Source: Piedraia hortae CBS 480.64 (taxonomy: Eukaryota). From it: a DNA stretch of 64,000 nt. A program made the translations under genes and the position numbers. How positions within the stretch are numbered: position 1 is the stretch's first letter; the number at the start of each line of letters is the position of its first letter. This document shows, piece after piece, positions 12,510 to 23,595 of this stretch. The DNA is taken from positions 206,217-270,216 of the forward strand of contig MU005963.1 of the NCBI GenBank assembly GCA_010093745.1. The letters are read 5' to 3'. The notes under the pieces were generated by a model, which was not told the DNA's origin, made no database searches, and saw only the letters and a list, made by a program, of their open reading frames with translations.

Positions 12510-15190
12510 GTACCTCATGCAACCACCAACCTCCTGAGACGTGACCCACGATGTTCAAGGCCACGCGAATAAAGATCACATGGAAGTGAGTATACGACGC
12601 AGTTCACCAACCTCCTGAAACATGGACCACAATGTCGTCAGCCACCGGTGAGAAAAAGCAAAAATCACACTCTACTGTAGACTCATGGAACTACTCACCC
12701 TCCCCAATCTCTCCCAAACAGTGATCCCTGGAAAATATTCAAGTCGATGAAAATTCCTCCTGTCAGTAGTAAGAATTCCTCCTGCCTAACGTCCAAAATC
12801 AGAATCTGCCATACTTGTCCAAAAACGACATTGCCCGAGAAAAAAGAAGCTACTTGGGACTGTCTACCTAATGCAGTCACCAACCTCCTGATGCGCAGCC
12901 CACAACATAGGCAGCCACTCAAAGACAGTTCGCTTGGGAGTGGATATTCAATGCAATCACCAACCCCCTTTAATCCCATATAGACAGCCACTGGTGGGCA
13001 GGCTTTCGGATCAGATTGGCAGAACAATGAAAGACGATCCTACTTGCGCACTCTAGCAGCACGACCCACAATATAGGCAGCCATCCGAAGATAATGCCAC
13101 TTGGGAGCGGGTATTCAACGCAATATCAACCTGGCAGTTGGGAAAGTCCAGATTCCCCAGGTCAAGTCGGGAAAAGAAGAAATATGAACCCATTCACACA
13201 CTCCTGCAACTTGATCCACCATATAGGCAGCCACTCGAGAATAACGTCACTTGGGAGTGGGTATCGACGCAACCACCAACCTCTTTCGAAGCGAATTCCA
13301 AAGCGACAACCACTCGTAGGAAAGTCCCGAATAGGAGAGGCAGAGGATGGTCGCACTTCCACCCCCTTGAAACACAACCCACAACACAGGCAGCCACTCA
13401 TTCAGAAGCTTCCAGATTTGATAGGCAGAATTAGAAGAAACGGTCAGACCCATGCACTCCTCAAACACGTGCTACTATATCGGCAGCCACTTGTATAAAA
13501 AAGGCGCTTGAGAGTGGGTATCTGATGCAATCACCAACGTCCTGAAACATGGCCCACCATATAGGTAGCCACAGGTAGAGAAACTTCTAGATCAGGTGGA
13601 CAAAATAGTGGAGCTGATGCAATCACCAACCTCTTCGAATCAATTCCAAACAGGAAAGCTATCAAATTGGACTTTCAGAACAAGAAAAGAATGACCAGAC
13701 GCTGTTGAAACGTGACCCACATATTAGCTGCCACTCGAAAGATGTCGCTTGAGAGTGGGTATCTACTGCAATCACCAACCTTCTTCAACACGAATACAAT
13801 TTTAGATAGCCACTCCTAGAAAAGATTTCAGATTAAATCGACAGAACGGGGGAAACGGTCACACTTACACAACTTGACCAACTGTATAGGCAGCCACGTG
13901 GACGCAGGACTGTGGAGCTGATATAATCAAGACACACCTGAAATATGACCCACCATATAGGCAGCCACTCGTACAGGGGCGCCCAGATCAAGCCTGCCAG
14001 ACAAGAAGAAAAACGATTACCCGCACAACTGCCGAAGCACGACCCGCAATAAAGGCAGCCACTTGTGTAAACCCTTCCAGATCGGGGAGATAAAACAAGA
14101 AACGATAATCCCACCAACGCACTCCTTAAGCATGGGATACTATATAGGCAGCCATTGAGCTAGAAAAGGTACTTGAGTGTGGGAACTCGAAGCGATCTCC
14201 AACTCCCTTAACGCAGCACATTGTAGACACTTGTTTATAAAGAAGCTTTTAGAATCAGGCAAACTCCCCCCCCACTCAAAAAAAAAAAAAAAAAAAACAA
14301 TCATCTGCACAACTGCCGAAACAGAACGCATCATTGAGGTAGCTACCCAGAACAGACAGATTACTGAACAGCGTGGCTAATGCAATCACCAAGAGGCACT
14401 ATATAAGCAGCCATTTGTATGGAAAATTGATTGAGAATGGGTATTTAATGCAGCATGAAACACGACCCGCCGTATATGTAGCCACTCGGATAGGAAGTCA
14501 TCGGGGAGTGGATATTTCATGCAATCGCCACCCACCGTCGGAGCATGTTCCGATGTAGATAGCCTATGTAAGGCTGACATACTCCTGCACCACGGTCCAT
14601 AGTATAGGCAGCTACTCGAAAAACAACATTAGTTGAGAGTGGGTATTTAATGCCACCACGGACTGTGTGAAACTGGAAAGGAACGAGATATCCTGGTCAA
14701 TTAGGTAAAACAAGGAAAAATCCTACACCTTCATGCAACACGGCCCACAATACAGGCAGCCACTCTAGAATGAGATCACATAGGGGTGGGTGACGATCCG
14801 CCATGTAGGCAGCCACACGTACAGAAACTTCCAGATCAATCGACGAAATACGAAAAAAGGTTACCACCCACGCACTCCTGCATCACGACCCATCATAAAG
14901 GCAGCCACTTGAAAGAATGTCACTTGGGAGTTGGTATCATATGATTCCTCAAACGTGGTCCACATTGCAAACTGCCAATCCGTGGGAAAAAAAAGAACAA
15001 GGACCTTCCAGAACAAAATGTGTACCCAATAAGACACTCCTGAAACTTAGTCCACAGTATATAGCAGCCGCCACCATTGCAAGAAAAGGAAAACATGGAA
15101 ACGAAAACAGGACCTGAAATGGAAATCTGCTGCAGACCATCTGTACGTAAAACTCGTGAGACATGATCCACAGCGTGTACAAGCCACAAC
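12510..15190 (+). repeat. Degenerate tandem repeat array, >20 copies of core ~CACMATATAGGCAGCCACT with two types of linker
   Basis: Core seen near 12900, 12975, 13067, 13217, 13380, 13473, 13555, 13718, 13880, 13951, 14045, 14138, 14397, 14470, 14596, 14746, 14798, 14889 and 15053, with weaker copies at the edges. Confidence 0.9.
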
Positions 15191-15829
15191 TGGGAGAAAA
15201 ACAAAACCACAAACGGTTATAACTAGAGCCTGAAATGGGAATCTTGCAGGACATCCACACGCAAGCAAAATCTTTTCTTCTCTCCAAAGTCTCCAACCTT
15301 TTCGCAAATGGGGAGATTACATGCATTTATTGTGAAGGTAGGATACATCTCACAGAGTTTAATAACCCATCGCCTAGCAAAAAGGAGGGAACATGCATGC
15401 ATACAGTACATGACGAGTTGGCACGATACCGAAGAAAATAGAAATGTAAACTCGCTGCAGCTTCTTTCCTTAGGCCTCGTTAGTTTGCATACTCTCAATC
15501 AGATTTTGCCGAATCGGGGTCTTTTCCCTTTCAAGGAAGATATATTGCAAAGTGAAGCCAAGTACCTCGCCCAGATTCAAGGGGGTTGGTACGTTCAAGA
15601 TGATGTACATCCCACCTGCGTGGAACTGGATAACATGACGAGCAGAACATCTACGTACTTTCACACCAAAAAGCCCAAACCGTAACCACACAGCCACATT
15701 CACTCGAGGGTCAATCCGAACCCTTCAACCCCCAACGATACAGACGCACCCACAGAGATACAAAGCTCTCCTAAACACAAAAAAGCTAAAAAAAAAAAAA
15801 AAAAACTCATCATAATCCATACCATACCC

Positions 15830-17745
15830 CTAAAAATACCTCCTAACCGGTCGCTCCGAAGGAGTCTCCCCCCCAATACGCCTCTCAACCCCAATCCACT
15901 CCCAAACGAGTGTAACATCCCCCGTTCTACTCTCCTTAACCATTGTGCGCACATTACTATTACTTTCCACTTTCTTCCTAACCGCCTCCCAAAGCCACTC
16001 CCTCCTTCTTGGATCAAACTCTCCTCGGAGCACATCATCGCGGAGCTGCACAACCGAAATCCCCTGCCCGGCGGAGCGTTCAAGCGCCTCGAGCGCAACG
16101 CCAGCAAGTTTCCGAGCCTCGATTTCTCTCTTCCGCGAAGCGGAGAATCTGTGTCTTGCATATGCCGCGGCAGCGACAGTGGCAAGGAGACCTATAAGTC
16201 TTGGAAGATAGTGTCCAACACGCGCGCGGATTCTTTTGCGGAGGGCGCAAGTGAGGGGGATTCTGGCGAGGCTGGTGGAGCGGAGGCCGCGTTCGCCTGT
16301 CCTTCTGCCGCGGAATCAGCGTTTGAGGAGGAAGGAGAGGAAGGTGGTGGGTGCGGATGTTCGTACCGGTTCGTGCTGGTTACGACCTCTTCAGAGGTTC
16401 GGATTTCGGATAGGGCGGGGTTCCAGAGGGTTTCGAATTCTTCGCGAGACATGCCCTTTTTGCGTTGGCTGGAGAGGATGGTTTTGAGTTGGTCTTCGCT
16501 TAGTGCGCGTTCGGGGGTTTCGCCGCATTCGTAGCGTGCGGTGTGTTCGCGGAGCTCGGAGATGGCGCGGTCGGCGACGGCTTGGACGCGACGGGCTTTG
16601 GCGCCGTCGGGTTCGCAGGTTGGTGGGAGGGGGATGAGTCCGCCGAGGGAGAGGGGGTGGGGGCGTTTGACAAAGTCGGACTCGCAGTCGGTGTCGAGAT
16701 GCTCGCCGCAGAAGGCATGTGCGGGACAGGGCTCGCATTGTGGTCGGATGAATTCGGCCCAGGGCGGGATGGATACGCCGGCTAGGTCGGTGGATGGCTG
16801 TCCAACGCCACAGTAGCCCACTTGGAGCTTCTCCTGGCGCCAGAGGGTTAACAAGCCGAGAAGGAGGGCGATAAGGACGGCCAATGGTGCCGTACTCGTT
16901 CCGGACGTTGTCCTTCTCCTGCGAGGAGCGGCCTGCACGACTTCTGTGTCTGATTCCGTCTCTGCGCCGCCGTGCGGTACGGTCATGTCAAACGTTTCCC
17001 TCGTAGGCACCAGCGCGCCATCGTGTTGCTCGTGAGTCGAGCGCAGATCAGTTGTCCGTCTGCGCGCTACCACGTCGTCGCGACTCTTACGTCGCACGCT
17101 GAGGCGGCCGGTGGTACGACGGCGGCTTTCGGTGGCCGTTGGAGGCGAACCGCCGGATTGGAAGACGTTTTCGCGTGAAAAGGGGCTTTCTTCGGCCGCG
17201 GGAGTGGCAGCGGCAAGGCGGCTAGCTCGACTGGCGCGTCGTTTGGCTTCGCGTTCCATCGTTTCAGCCCCTTCGGTGGTGCGCGCATGCTTGCTGCGAG
17301 AACGACGCGGCGTCTCCGTCACTTCATCGCGATGGCGGGTCGACCGGCGCGGTTCTGCGGCCTCATAAAGCTCTGCCGTGTCCTCGCGCACACGCGTTGA
17401 TCTCCGTACCGGCTCGACGGGGGTTGCAGTGTCGCGGCTGCGTGTGACGCGTCGTAACGTGTCTGCGCCTTCTTCAGTTCGCGCACGCGTCGTCCGCCGC
17501 GGCTGTTCGTCGTCGACAGTGTCCGTCTGAGACGCAACGTCTTCGATGCCGTTGCTGGTGCGTGTGACGTGGGACTGGGCCGACCGCAGTCGACCGGCCT
17601 GGGGCGCAACGTGTTGGTTGAAGATGTCGATCAGCTGGCTCTTCTTGGCCGACGATGGATACGGCACCGAATGGGCCACCAGCACCGAGCGCAGGCGCGG
17701 CACCGTCAGCGTGTTTGGATCGAACCCGGGCTCCAGATGGTCCAT
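15830..17745 (-). CDS. SRC1: Inner nuclear membrane protein Src1/Heh1 (HeH/LEM-like N-terminus, MAN1-Src1 C-terminus); intron 16366-16305
   Basis: N-terminal FDPNTLTVPRLRSVLVAHSVPYPSSAKKSQLIDIF, a TM segment, luminal CEPCPAHAFC...PPTCEPD. Splicing a 62-nt intron joins the frame ending ...VESNSNVRTMVKESRTGDVTLVWEWIG. Confidence 0.92.
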
Positions 17746-17861
17746 GATGTAAGTTGCAAGTTTTCGAAAGAGGAAGTTGTGCAACGAAAACGTAAACAAA
17801 CGCGGGGTTGCCAAGCCGCCAATCCGCACACACACGCACAATTACAGGCCTCAAATTCAAA

Positions 17862-18617
17862 ATGGATTGCACGCACTGTCACGGTTTACTGACAGTCGGG
17901 GTGGATGAAGAAGGGGCTACGGTATCAGATGAAATCATCCCGCAGTGCGGCCACCGCTATCATTGGGAGTGTTTTTTTGAAGCATCTTGCGAGGCTGGCC
18001 AGGACAGGCTGGGTTCGTGTCCGAAATGCGCAGAAAATCTGCTGAGAGGTAATAATTTGCTCGTAGAAGTCAATAACGAGGGCGGCCACCAGCAAAATGT
18101 TGACATCCTGCCCATTTTACACGAAGAGTATTACATTCACACCCATCCAGAGGAGCGTCTCTGTCGCGCTTTTCTCGAGCTGTGTCGGGAAGGAGACTAC
18201 CGTGCTGTTGCCGAGCTGCTGAAGCATGTCCGTGATGGAATGGACGACAGCGTGAACTTGCAGCAGGTGCTCCTTTACCAGGATCCTCTTAACAGTCACG
18301 CCTCGGCCCTTCACTGTGCTGCAGCCAATGGCCATCGTGAGATTGCTTGGCTACTGCTGCTAATGGCTTCGACTTTTCCTCAGACTGAAATGCCTGCCCC
18401 AGTATTCCAAGAGGCCGCTGCACTTGAGCTCATGCGGCCTGATAATGTGTCCGAACATCAAGACATTCGCAGCTTGCGAGATGAATTGAACCGCACTGCC
18501 GAAGACGTTGCCAGGACCTCTGGAAGCCCCATCTGGCACGGGTGGATTGGGAACGGCCGGTTGCAGATGCCGGGGTCAGCCGGAGAGCATGGGAACTCCA
18601 GCACCTTGGTCATCTAG
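17862..18617 (+). CDS. RING-like zinc finger plus ankyrin-repeat protein
   Basis: CxxC...CGHRYHWECF...CPKC followed by ankyrin-like SALHCAAANGHREIAWLLL. First ATG at 17862, 116 bp from the divergent SRC1 ATG. Confidence 0.75.
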   Translation: MDCTHCHGLLTVGVDEEGATVSDEIIPQCGHRYHWECFFEASCEAGQDRLGSCPKCAENLLRGNNLLVEVNNEGGHQQNVDILPILHEEYYIHTHPEERLCRAFLELCREGDYRAVAELLKHVRDGMDDSVNLQQVLLYQDPLNSHASALHCAAANGHREIAWLLLLMASTFPQTEMPAPVFQEAAALELMRPDNVSEHQDIRSLRDELNRTAEDVARTSGSPIWHGWIGNGRLQMPGSAGEHGNSSTLVI

Positions 18618-18764
18618 CCAGCTGCCACAACCCAATGAAATTACTTGCACGCTCTTATAGATATTGTCCGACACTCAACAGAATTTGATTGCACCAACTC
18701 TAGTAATCAAAAAAAAAAAAAAAAAAAAAAAAAGGGTACTGTCTCCCCCCATGGTATCGTCTAA

Positions 18765-21719
18765 TCAAAACCCTCCAATCCTGCGCTGCCGTGAGAGCAG
18801 CTGCGATATTATAAAATGGCTCACATCCTCGTCGCCCCAGTATGACAAGTGGCTCGCAATAGCCGCAATCAGATTGATGTCAAACACTCCCTCCTGGATG
18901 GCATAATCCACCCGCCCATTGCTGTTTAGAGCCCGTACCTTGTCCTCTTCACGCTTCAATTTACGTGCCCGTTGCTCTGCCGATGCCTCTGATCCTTCCG
19001 ACTTGTCTCGCTGCTTTTCAAAACCGCTGTACAGCGTCTCCAACTCGGCCTCAATGAGCGTTGGCGGGTGCTGGCCTTGATGGGCGGCCGTCAATGTGTC
19101 CGTTGCTAGCTTTTCCTGCTTGCCATCGCTTCCAGCAGGCCCGTCTTTTTTCACGTCGGTGGCCCGCACGGCTTCCACTTGCGGCGATAGCCTCATAGAA
19201 AGCGGGCCGCTAGACTTGGCCATGGGCGGTGGTCCCGGTCCATTGTAGCCTAACCGTCGTGTAAGCAGCGAAGACGCCATCGAAGACCACATGCTGCTGA
19301 CACTCTGGCTAACACGAGCACCGATACCCGTTAGACCCTGGCCCATCTGTGCCCCGAAAAGGCCACGCTTGGTATACGGCAACGGTTGTGGTTTGAGTGA
19401 AGCCATTGCCGACGAGATGAGTGGCTCCAGACGGTAAGATATGGGGTCGGTGGGATGGAAGATGTTGAATATCTGCCCGCATTTGGGACTGGACTGACCC
19501 ATGTCTGTGAAGGGTGAGATATTACCTTTGCGTGCTGATACTGGCACATCAAGCATCGGATCGTCAGTTGCAGCGCCTTTTGATGCATCATCTTGGCGTG
19601 CCACAATCTTCTGGCCTGTAAGCATCTGGAACAATCCGATGGGGGAGCCTAGAGCGTAAAAGTCTTCTACTTCAAAGTTCAGATGCGTGCCCTCGTCCTC
19701 TGGTCGTGGCGGTCGCCCTTGACGGCACAGAATCTCAAACATGATGGCCGATCCCAGTGAATGTCCAACCATGGAAACTTTTCCTTGAAAGTTGGGATTA
19801 CGCTCTCGGAATATGCTGTATATGCGGTTGCACTCGGATGCCACAATGCGGGCCATGTGGTTCTTGTAGACGGGGGATTGGTACAGCAGAATGTCCAGGG
19901 CGAGGTCAGTGATCAGATTTCGCACAGCCGGAACTCCCTCAACCGTGATATCCTCCAAACTCGGGAAATTCTCCTCGTCCTCCATCTGCGGATCGTTTGG
20001 GTCGGCAATATCGGCCTCTTGCCGGTTGTGCTTCACACTTTGCTTGGGAAAATCGAGAAGATGGCGCCAACAAATAGGAAGGACTTGAAGCCGACTGTTG
20101 ACATACTTGGGATTGTCCAGCTCCGCGTTGAGTGCTCTCAAATCAGGAGACTCGGCGTAGACGGCTTTGATGGTCTTACGGAACGTGTTGACATCGTGCA
20201 CAAAGTTCACACTCTCCATTCGAAGACCCAATCGTTGTCCTATGCCGTGGGTAACAAGAATGAGGTGCTCAATCTCTCGGCCCTGTTCATCGCCTTCAGT
20301 CTCGCGATAATCGTCTTCGATTTCCCGTTCATCACGACGCCTTGCTTCTTCGTCTTCCTTCTCAGGATCTTCCTGGCCTGCAGGTGTTTCCAACAAGGTC
20401 GACATTTGTCGCTGAAGGCTCCGTCTTCGCACCTCTGACACACTGGGCCGATGGGCAGCTTCCTCGGACTGAGAATCGTCCTTTTCAGTCCCTTTCTTGT
20501 CTTCCCCTGCCTCGTCTTTCTCACCCGCGGGCTTCGTTTCCGTTGGAACATAGCCTCTAGTCAACTTGATACCGGCAAAATGCCCTCCGCCGGCAAACCT
20601 CTGGTACACGGTATAGTTCATTCGCGACAAAAAGTCATCTGTCAACAGCCATGCCGTAGTATCGTCTTGGTAAGTTACTACGGAATTCATATGTGCACCA
20701 AACAGCCTGTGCGTGTTTGGAGGCGGTGAAGTGTCCGGACCAGTCGGATTCACAGCAGTTTGATCTTTGGCCTTCCCACGCAAATCCCCCGTTGAAACCT
20801 TTGACGAGGGTCCCGCAGAAGAGGCACGTCCAGGCTCTTTCGTTTTCTCACCCGCAATGTTAGAACCCTGTGTGCGCGTTCGAGAAGAGTCTCGCGACTG
20901 CTGAGCACTTGGAAACCTCCAGGGACACAGCTTGAGATAGCCCTCTTCCAGCTGCGCCGCTAGATTCTCATCGCAAGGGCGCTGGGTGCTTGCCTCTTGG
21001 TAAAACCAGGTACCTCTGCGAACTTCATAGATAGGACCCAGCCAGTAGGTTGGTGCAAGCTCTCTCGCGTCCACGTCTACGTCAAACAGATAGTCCTCGT
21101 TCACCGGCACCTTGACATTACCTGCTCCGCTGGAAGGGATCATGTTGCGCGAGAGCTTCGAAAGGCTCTGCGAGCCCACGTCGCCAGACTGCTGCTCTGA
21201 TGTTCTGGTTGATGTATCATCATCGTTCTCCAACGACTTCTGAAAAGCAGCTTCGATGGCTTTGGAGTCCCTGACAGAGAAGGGAGTGTACTTTTTCGGA
21301 GCCGCCAGCGGTCTCTCTTCTCGTTTTTCACCAACTAACAATTGAGGCCTACGTTTCGGCACATCGACCGCATGGAACCAACGGGGCCTGACGAGTGGGC
21401 AGTCTTTGGGGTATTTTCTCAAGCTAAGCCTATGTCGTGGGCCAACCACGTGATCTGTCCCTTGTTGCTGCTGTATCAGCGGTTCGGGCTCTCCGCCTTT
21501 GCCCTTTGAAGGAGGCATTAGAGGGTTTCTATTCCAAGACGATATTCTGGAAAGATAGGATTGTTTATCCTGGGCTATCTTATGCTGTTTCTGGTTTTGC
21601 CATTTGTTGGATTCGGCTGTGCCCTGCTCTGTGGGCAACTGTGCAGCCTTATCGGGCTTTTGAAGGGAGAACAGAGGTGATCGGCGAAGAAGCCGTAACC
21701 AATTCAAGGAGCGAGCCAC
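18765..21719 (-). CDS. DDHD-domain phospholipase A1 (PA-PLA1/Ddl1-like); start uncertain (GTG 21719 or first in-frame ATG 21518)
   Basis: HLILVTHGIGQ, lipase motif GHSLGS, NIFHPTDPISYRLEPL and SHLSYW are DDHD-family motifs in an uninterrupted ORF. Confidence 0.9.
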   Translation of the reverse strand: MARSLNWLRLLRRSPLFSLQKPDKAAQLPTEQGTAESNKWQNQKQHKIAQDKQSYLSRISSWNRNPLMPPSKGKGGEPEPLIQQQQGTDHVVGPRHRLSLRKYPKDCPLVRPRWFHAVDVPKRRPQLLVGEKREERPLAAPKKYTPFSVRDSKAIEAAFQKSLENDDDTSTRTSEQQSGDVGSQSLSKLSRNMIPSSGAGNVKVPVNEDYLFDVDVDARELAPTYWLGPIYEVRRGTWFYQEASTQRPCDENLAAQLEEGYLKLCPWRFPSAQQSRDSSRTRTQGSNIAGEKTKEPGRASSAGPSSKVSTGDLRGKAKDQTAVNPTGPDTSPPPNTHRLFGAHMNSVVTYQDDTTAWLLTDDFLSRMNYTVYQRFAGGGHFAGIKLTRGYVPTETKPAGEKDEAGEDKKGTEKDDSQSEEAAHRPSVSEVRRRSLQRQMSTLLETPAGQEDPEKEDEEARRRDEREIEDDYRETEGDEQGREIEHLILVTHGIGQRLGLRMESVNFVHDVNTFRKTIKAVYAESPDLRALNAELDNPKYVNSRLQVLPICWRHLLDFPKQSVKHNRQEADIADPNDPQMEDEENFPSLEDITVEGVPAVRNLITDLALDILLYQSPVYKNHMARIVASECNRIYSIFRERNPNFQGKVSMVGHSLGSAIMFEILCRQGRPPRPEDEGTHLNFEVEDFYALGSPIGLFQMLTGQKIVARQDDASKGAATDDPMLDVPVSARKGNISPFTDMGQSSPKCGQIFNIFHPTDPISYRLEPLISSAMASLKPQPLPYTKRGLFGAQMGQGLTGIGARVSQSVSSMWSSMASSLLTRRLGYNGPGPPPMAKSSGPLSMRLSPQVEAVRATDVKKDGPAGSDGKQEKLATDTLTAAHQGQHPPTLIEAELETLYSGFEKQRDKSEGSEASAEQRARKLKREEDKVRALNSNGRVDYAIQEGVFDINLIAAIASHLSYWGDEDVSHFIISQLLSRQRRIGGF

Positions 21720-21982
21720 AATGGAGGCTTGGGATTTTGATCAACTTGAATAAGCAACTTTGGTGTAGGCAGTCTGAGGTTCATAGGAACTTGGAAAGGA
21801 CACAGAGAGGCCGTTCACTCCTCCTGACGTCGCAGCCTCCGGTCCATGTTTGAGGTCACATTGAATGACTCAGCACTTGCGCTAGGCTGAGAGGGGTTAG
21901 CTGACGGATTGTGTTCCGCCCTGCAACCACTCCGGGGAATTTTCTCTCTCCTTCAGCAGCAGCAGCTCTTCCAACACGCACA

Positions 21983-22441
21983 ATGGCGGACCCAGACAAG
22001 ACGCCGGAGATGGCACATATTGAATCGTTCATGCAAGATAAAGTGCTTGCTAACCCAATATACGCTTTTCTCCTCAAACCGGTGAAGATCACGGGCGCGT
22101 CGAAAGGCCATGTGGTCGCGCGTCTGCCGCTGAGCGAGAACCATATGAATAGCATGGGAAGTATCCACGGCTCGGTCACTGCCACGATTGTTGACTGGAT
22201 GGGCGGCGTGGCCATTGCTTCGTACGACCTCCGCACCAAAACTGGTGTCAGTCTTGACATTCATGTCACATATCAATCAGGAGCCAAAATGGGTGATGAA
22301 ATAGAAATCGAAGGCATCGCCGAGAAGGTCGGCCGTAGCATTGCCTTTACCAGAATCAACATCTATAAAGTTCAGGACGGCAAAAGAGGTAACATCGTCG
22401 TCTCTGGCACCCACACCAAGTTTATCAAAACCTCCGACTAG
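21983..22441 (+). CDS. Hot-dog-fold acyl-CoA thioesterase (PaaI/ACOT13-like)
   Basis: HMNSMGSIHGSVTATIVDW...GVSLDIHVTY...KVGRSIAF...GTHTKF. ATG at 21983. Confidence 0.88.
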   Translation: MADPDKTPEMAHIESFMQDKVLANPIYAFLLKPVKITGASKGHVVARLPLSENHMNSMGSIHGSVTATIVDWMGGVAIASYDLRTKTGVSLDIHVTYQSGAKMGDEIEIEGIAEKVGRSIAFTRINIYKVQDGKRGNIVVSGTHTKFIKTSD

Positions 22442-22822
22442 TGATGGCAGTGATGACATTATGAATCTGACCAGGCTTTTGCATTCTAAATTCGCCTGGC
22501 TTCTTTGCGTCGGCAGGATTTCCATGACTGCACGAACTCACTCTACCCAGGAAGATCAAACCGTCTACTGTGCTTTAGAAGCCATGGCGAGCGCTAGCTT
22601 TGAGCCAATGGCCATTTTGTAGACAACATAGAGCTGTTCATCTTGTATTTCGTGTATCTTACACTGCTTTCTTCCACACGTTCAACTCGGCGCCCTGTAG
22701 AATCAGGCACCAAGGCGTCAACATGCCAAGACCATTGGCGGAACATTCCGCAGCCCACAACCCAGATTCTTTTGTGCCGCTGGCCACTACGCAAACCACA
22801 GAACTCGTCACTCGTCGTCAAA

Positions 22823-23451
22823 ATGGTGAGTACTTGCCCGTACCGATATCCCGAGCACCGAAGCGACCAAAAAATGCGCCGTTGGCCTTGAATGGCGTGC
22901 TGCAGCAATCGAGTCAGAGCGCGAAAGAGCATGGAACTGCAGAGGCCATTGAAGGAACGAGGCAGCTTAGAAGCATCCGCATTGTGATGGGAAGTGGAGA
23001 AAGTCTTGACGCAGCACTGACGGAACTGCGCATCAGGTGAACGTTCCCAAAACCCGCCGAACCTATTGCAAGGGTAAGGATTGCAAGAAGCACACGCAGC
23101 ACAAAGTGACGCAGTACAAGGCTGGCAAGGTATGTCTGTTCAGGTTCCTGGTCGCAAACAGTTGATGACTTCTGCCCCAGGCCTCGACGGTCGCCCAGGG
23201 AAAGCGCCGCTACGACCGTAAGCAGTCCGGTTATGGTGGTCAAACGAAGCCCGTGTTCCACAAAAAGGCAAAGACGACCAAAAAGGTGGTGCTACGACTA
23301 GAATGCACTACCTGCAAGACCAAGTCCCAACTGGCTTTGAAGCGTTGCAAGCATTTCGAGTTGGGGTATGTTGAGGTCGATTCCGCTTCTTTACATGCTA
23401 ACACTGTACAGTGGAGACAAGAAGACAAAGGGAGCTGCGCTTGTGTTTTAA
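22823..23451 (+). CDS. RPL42: 60S ribosomal protein eL42 (L44/L36a); exons 22823-22825, 23037-23129, 23181-23365, 23412-23451
   Basis: Spliced product [74 protein letters not shown]...[16 protein letters not shown]. Three canonical GT-AG introns. Confidence 0.97.
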
Positions 23452-23595
23452 GCGTTTCGAGGACATGGCGTGCTTCGGGCTATGTCGACATTCAAAGTCA
23501 GATAGTCCGCAGTATTACATAATGAAGCTCGAAGCGTCCTTTTCCTATCCCTCAGAAATTCTTTTTTGCATTACATACGAGGTGAAAGAACACGA

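Noticed and set aside
12695..14334. Short ORFs with repeated YRQPL / EWLPIWW / SGCLY peptides
   Set aside because: They are translations of the DNA repeat core in changing frames and on both strands, with no consistent coding frame.
12510..15190. CRISPR-like appearance of the repeat array
   Set aside because: The context is eukaryotic with no cas genes, the repeats are degenerate, and the 'spacers' are related to each other (two linker types) rather than unique.
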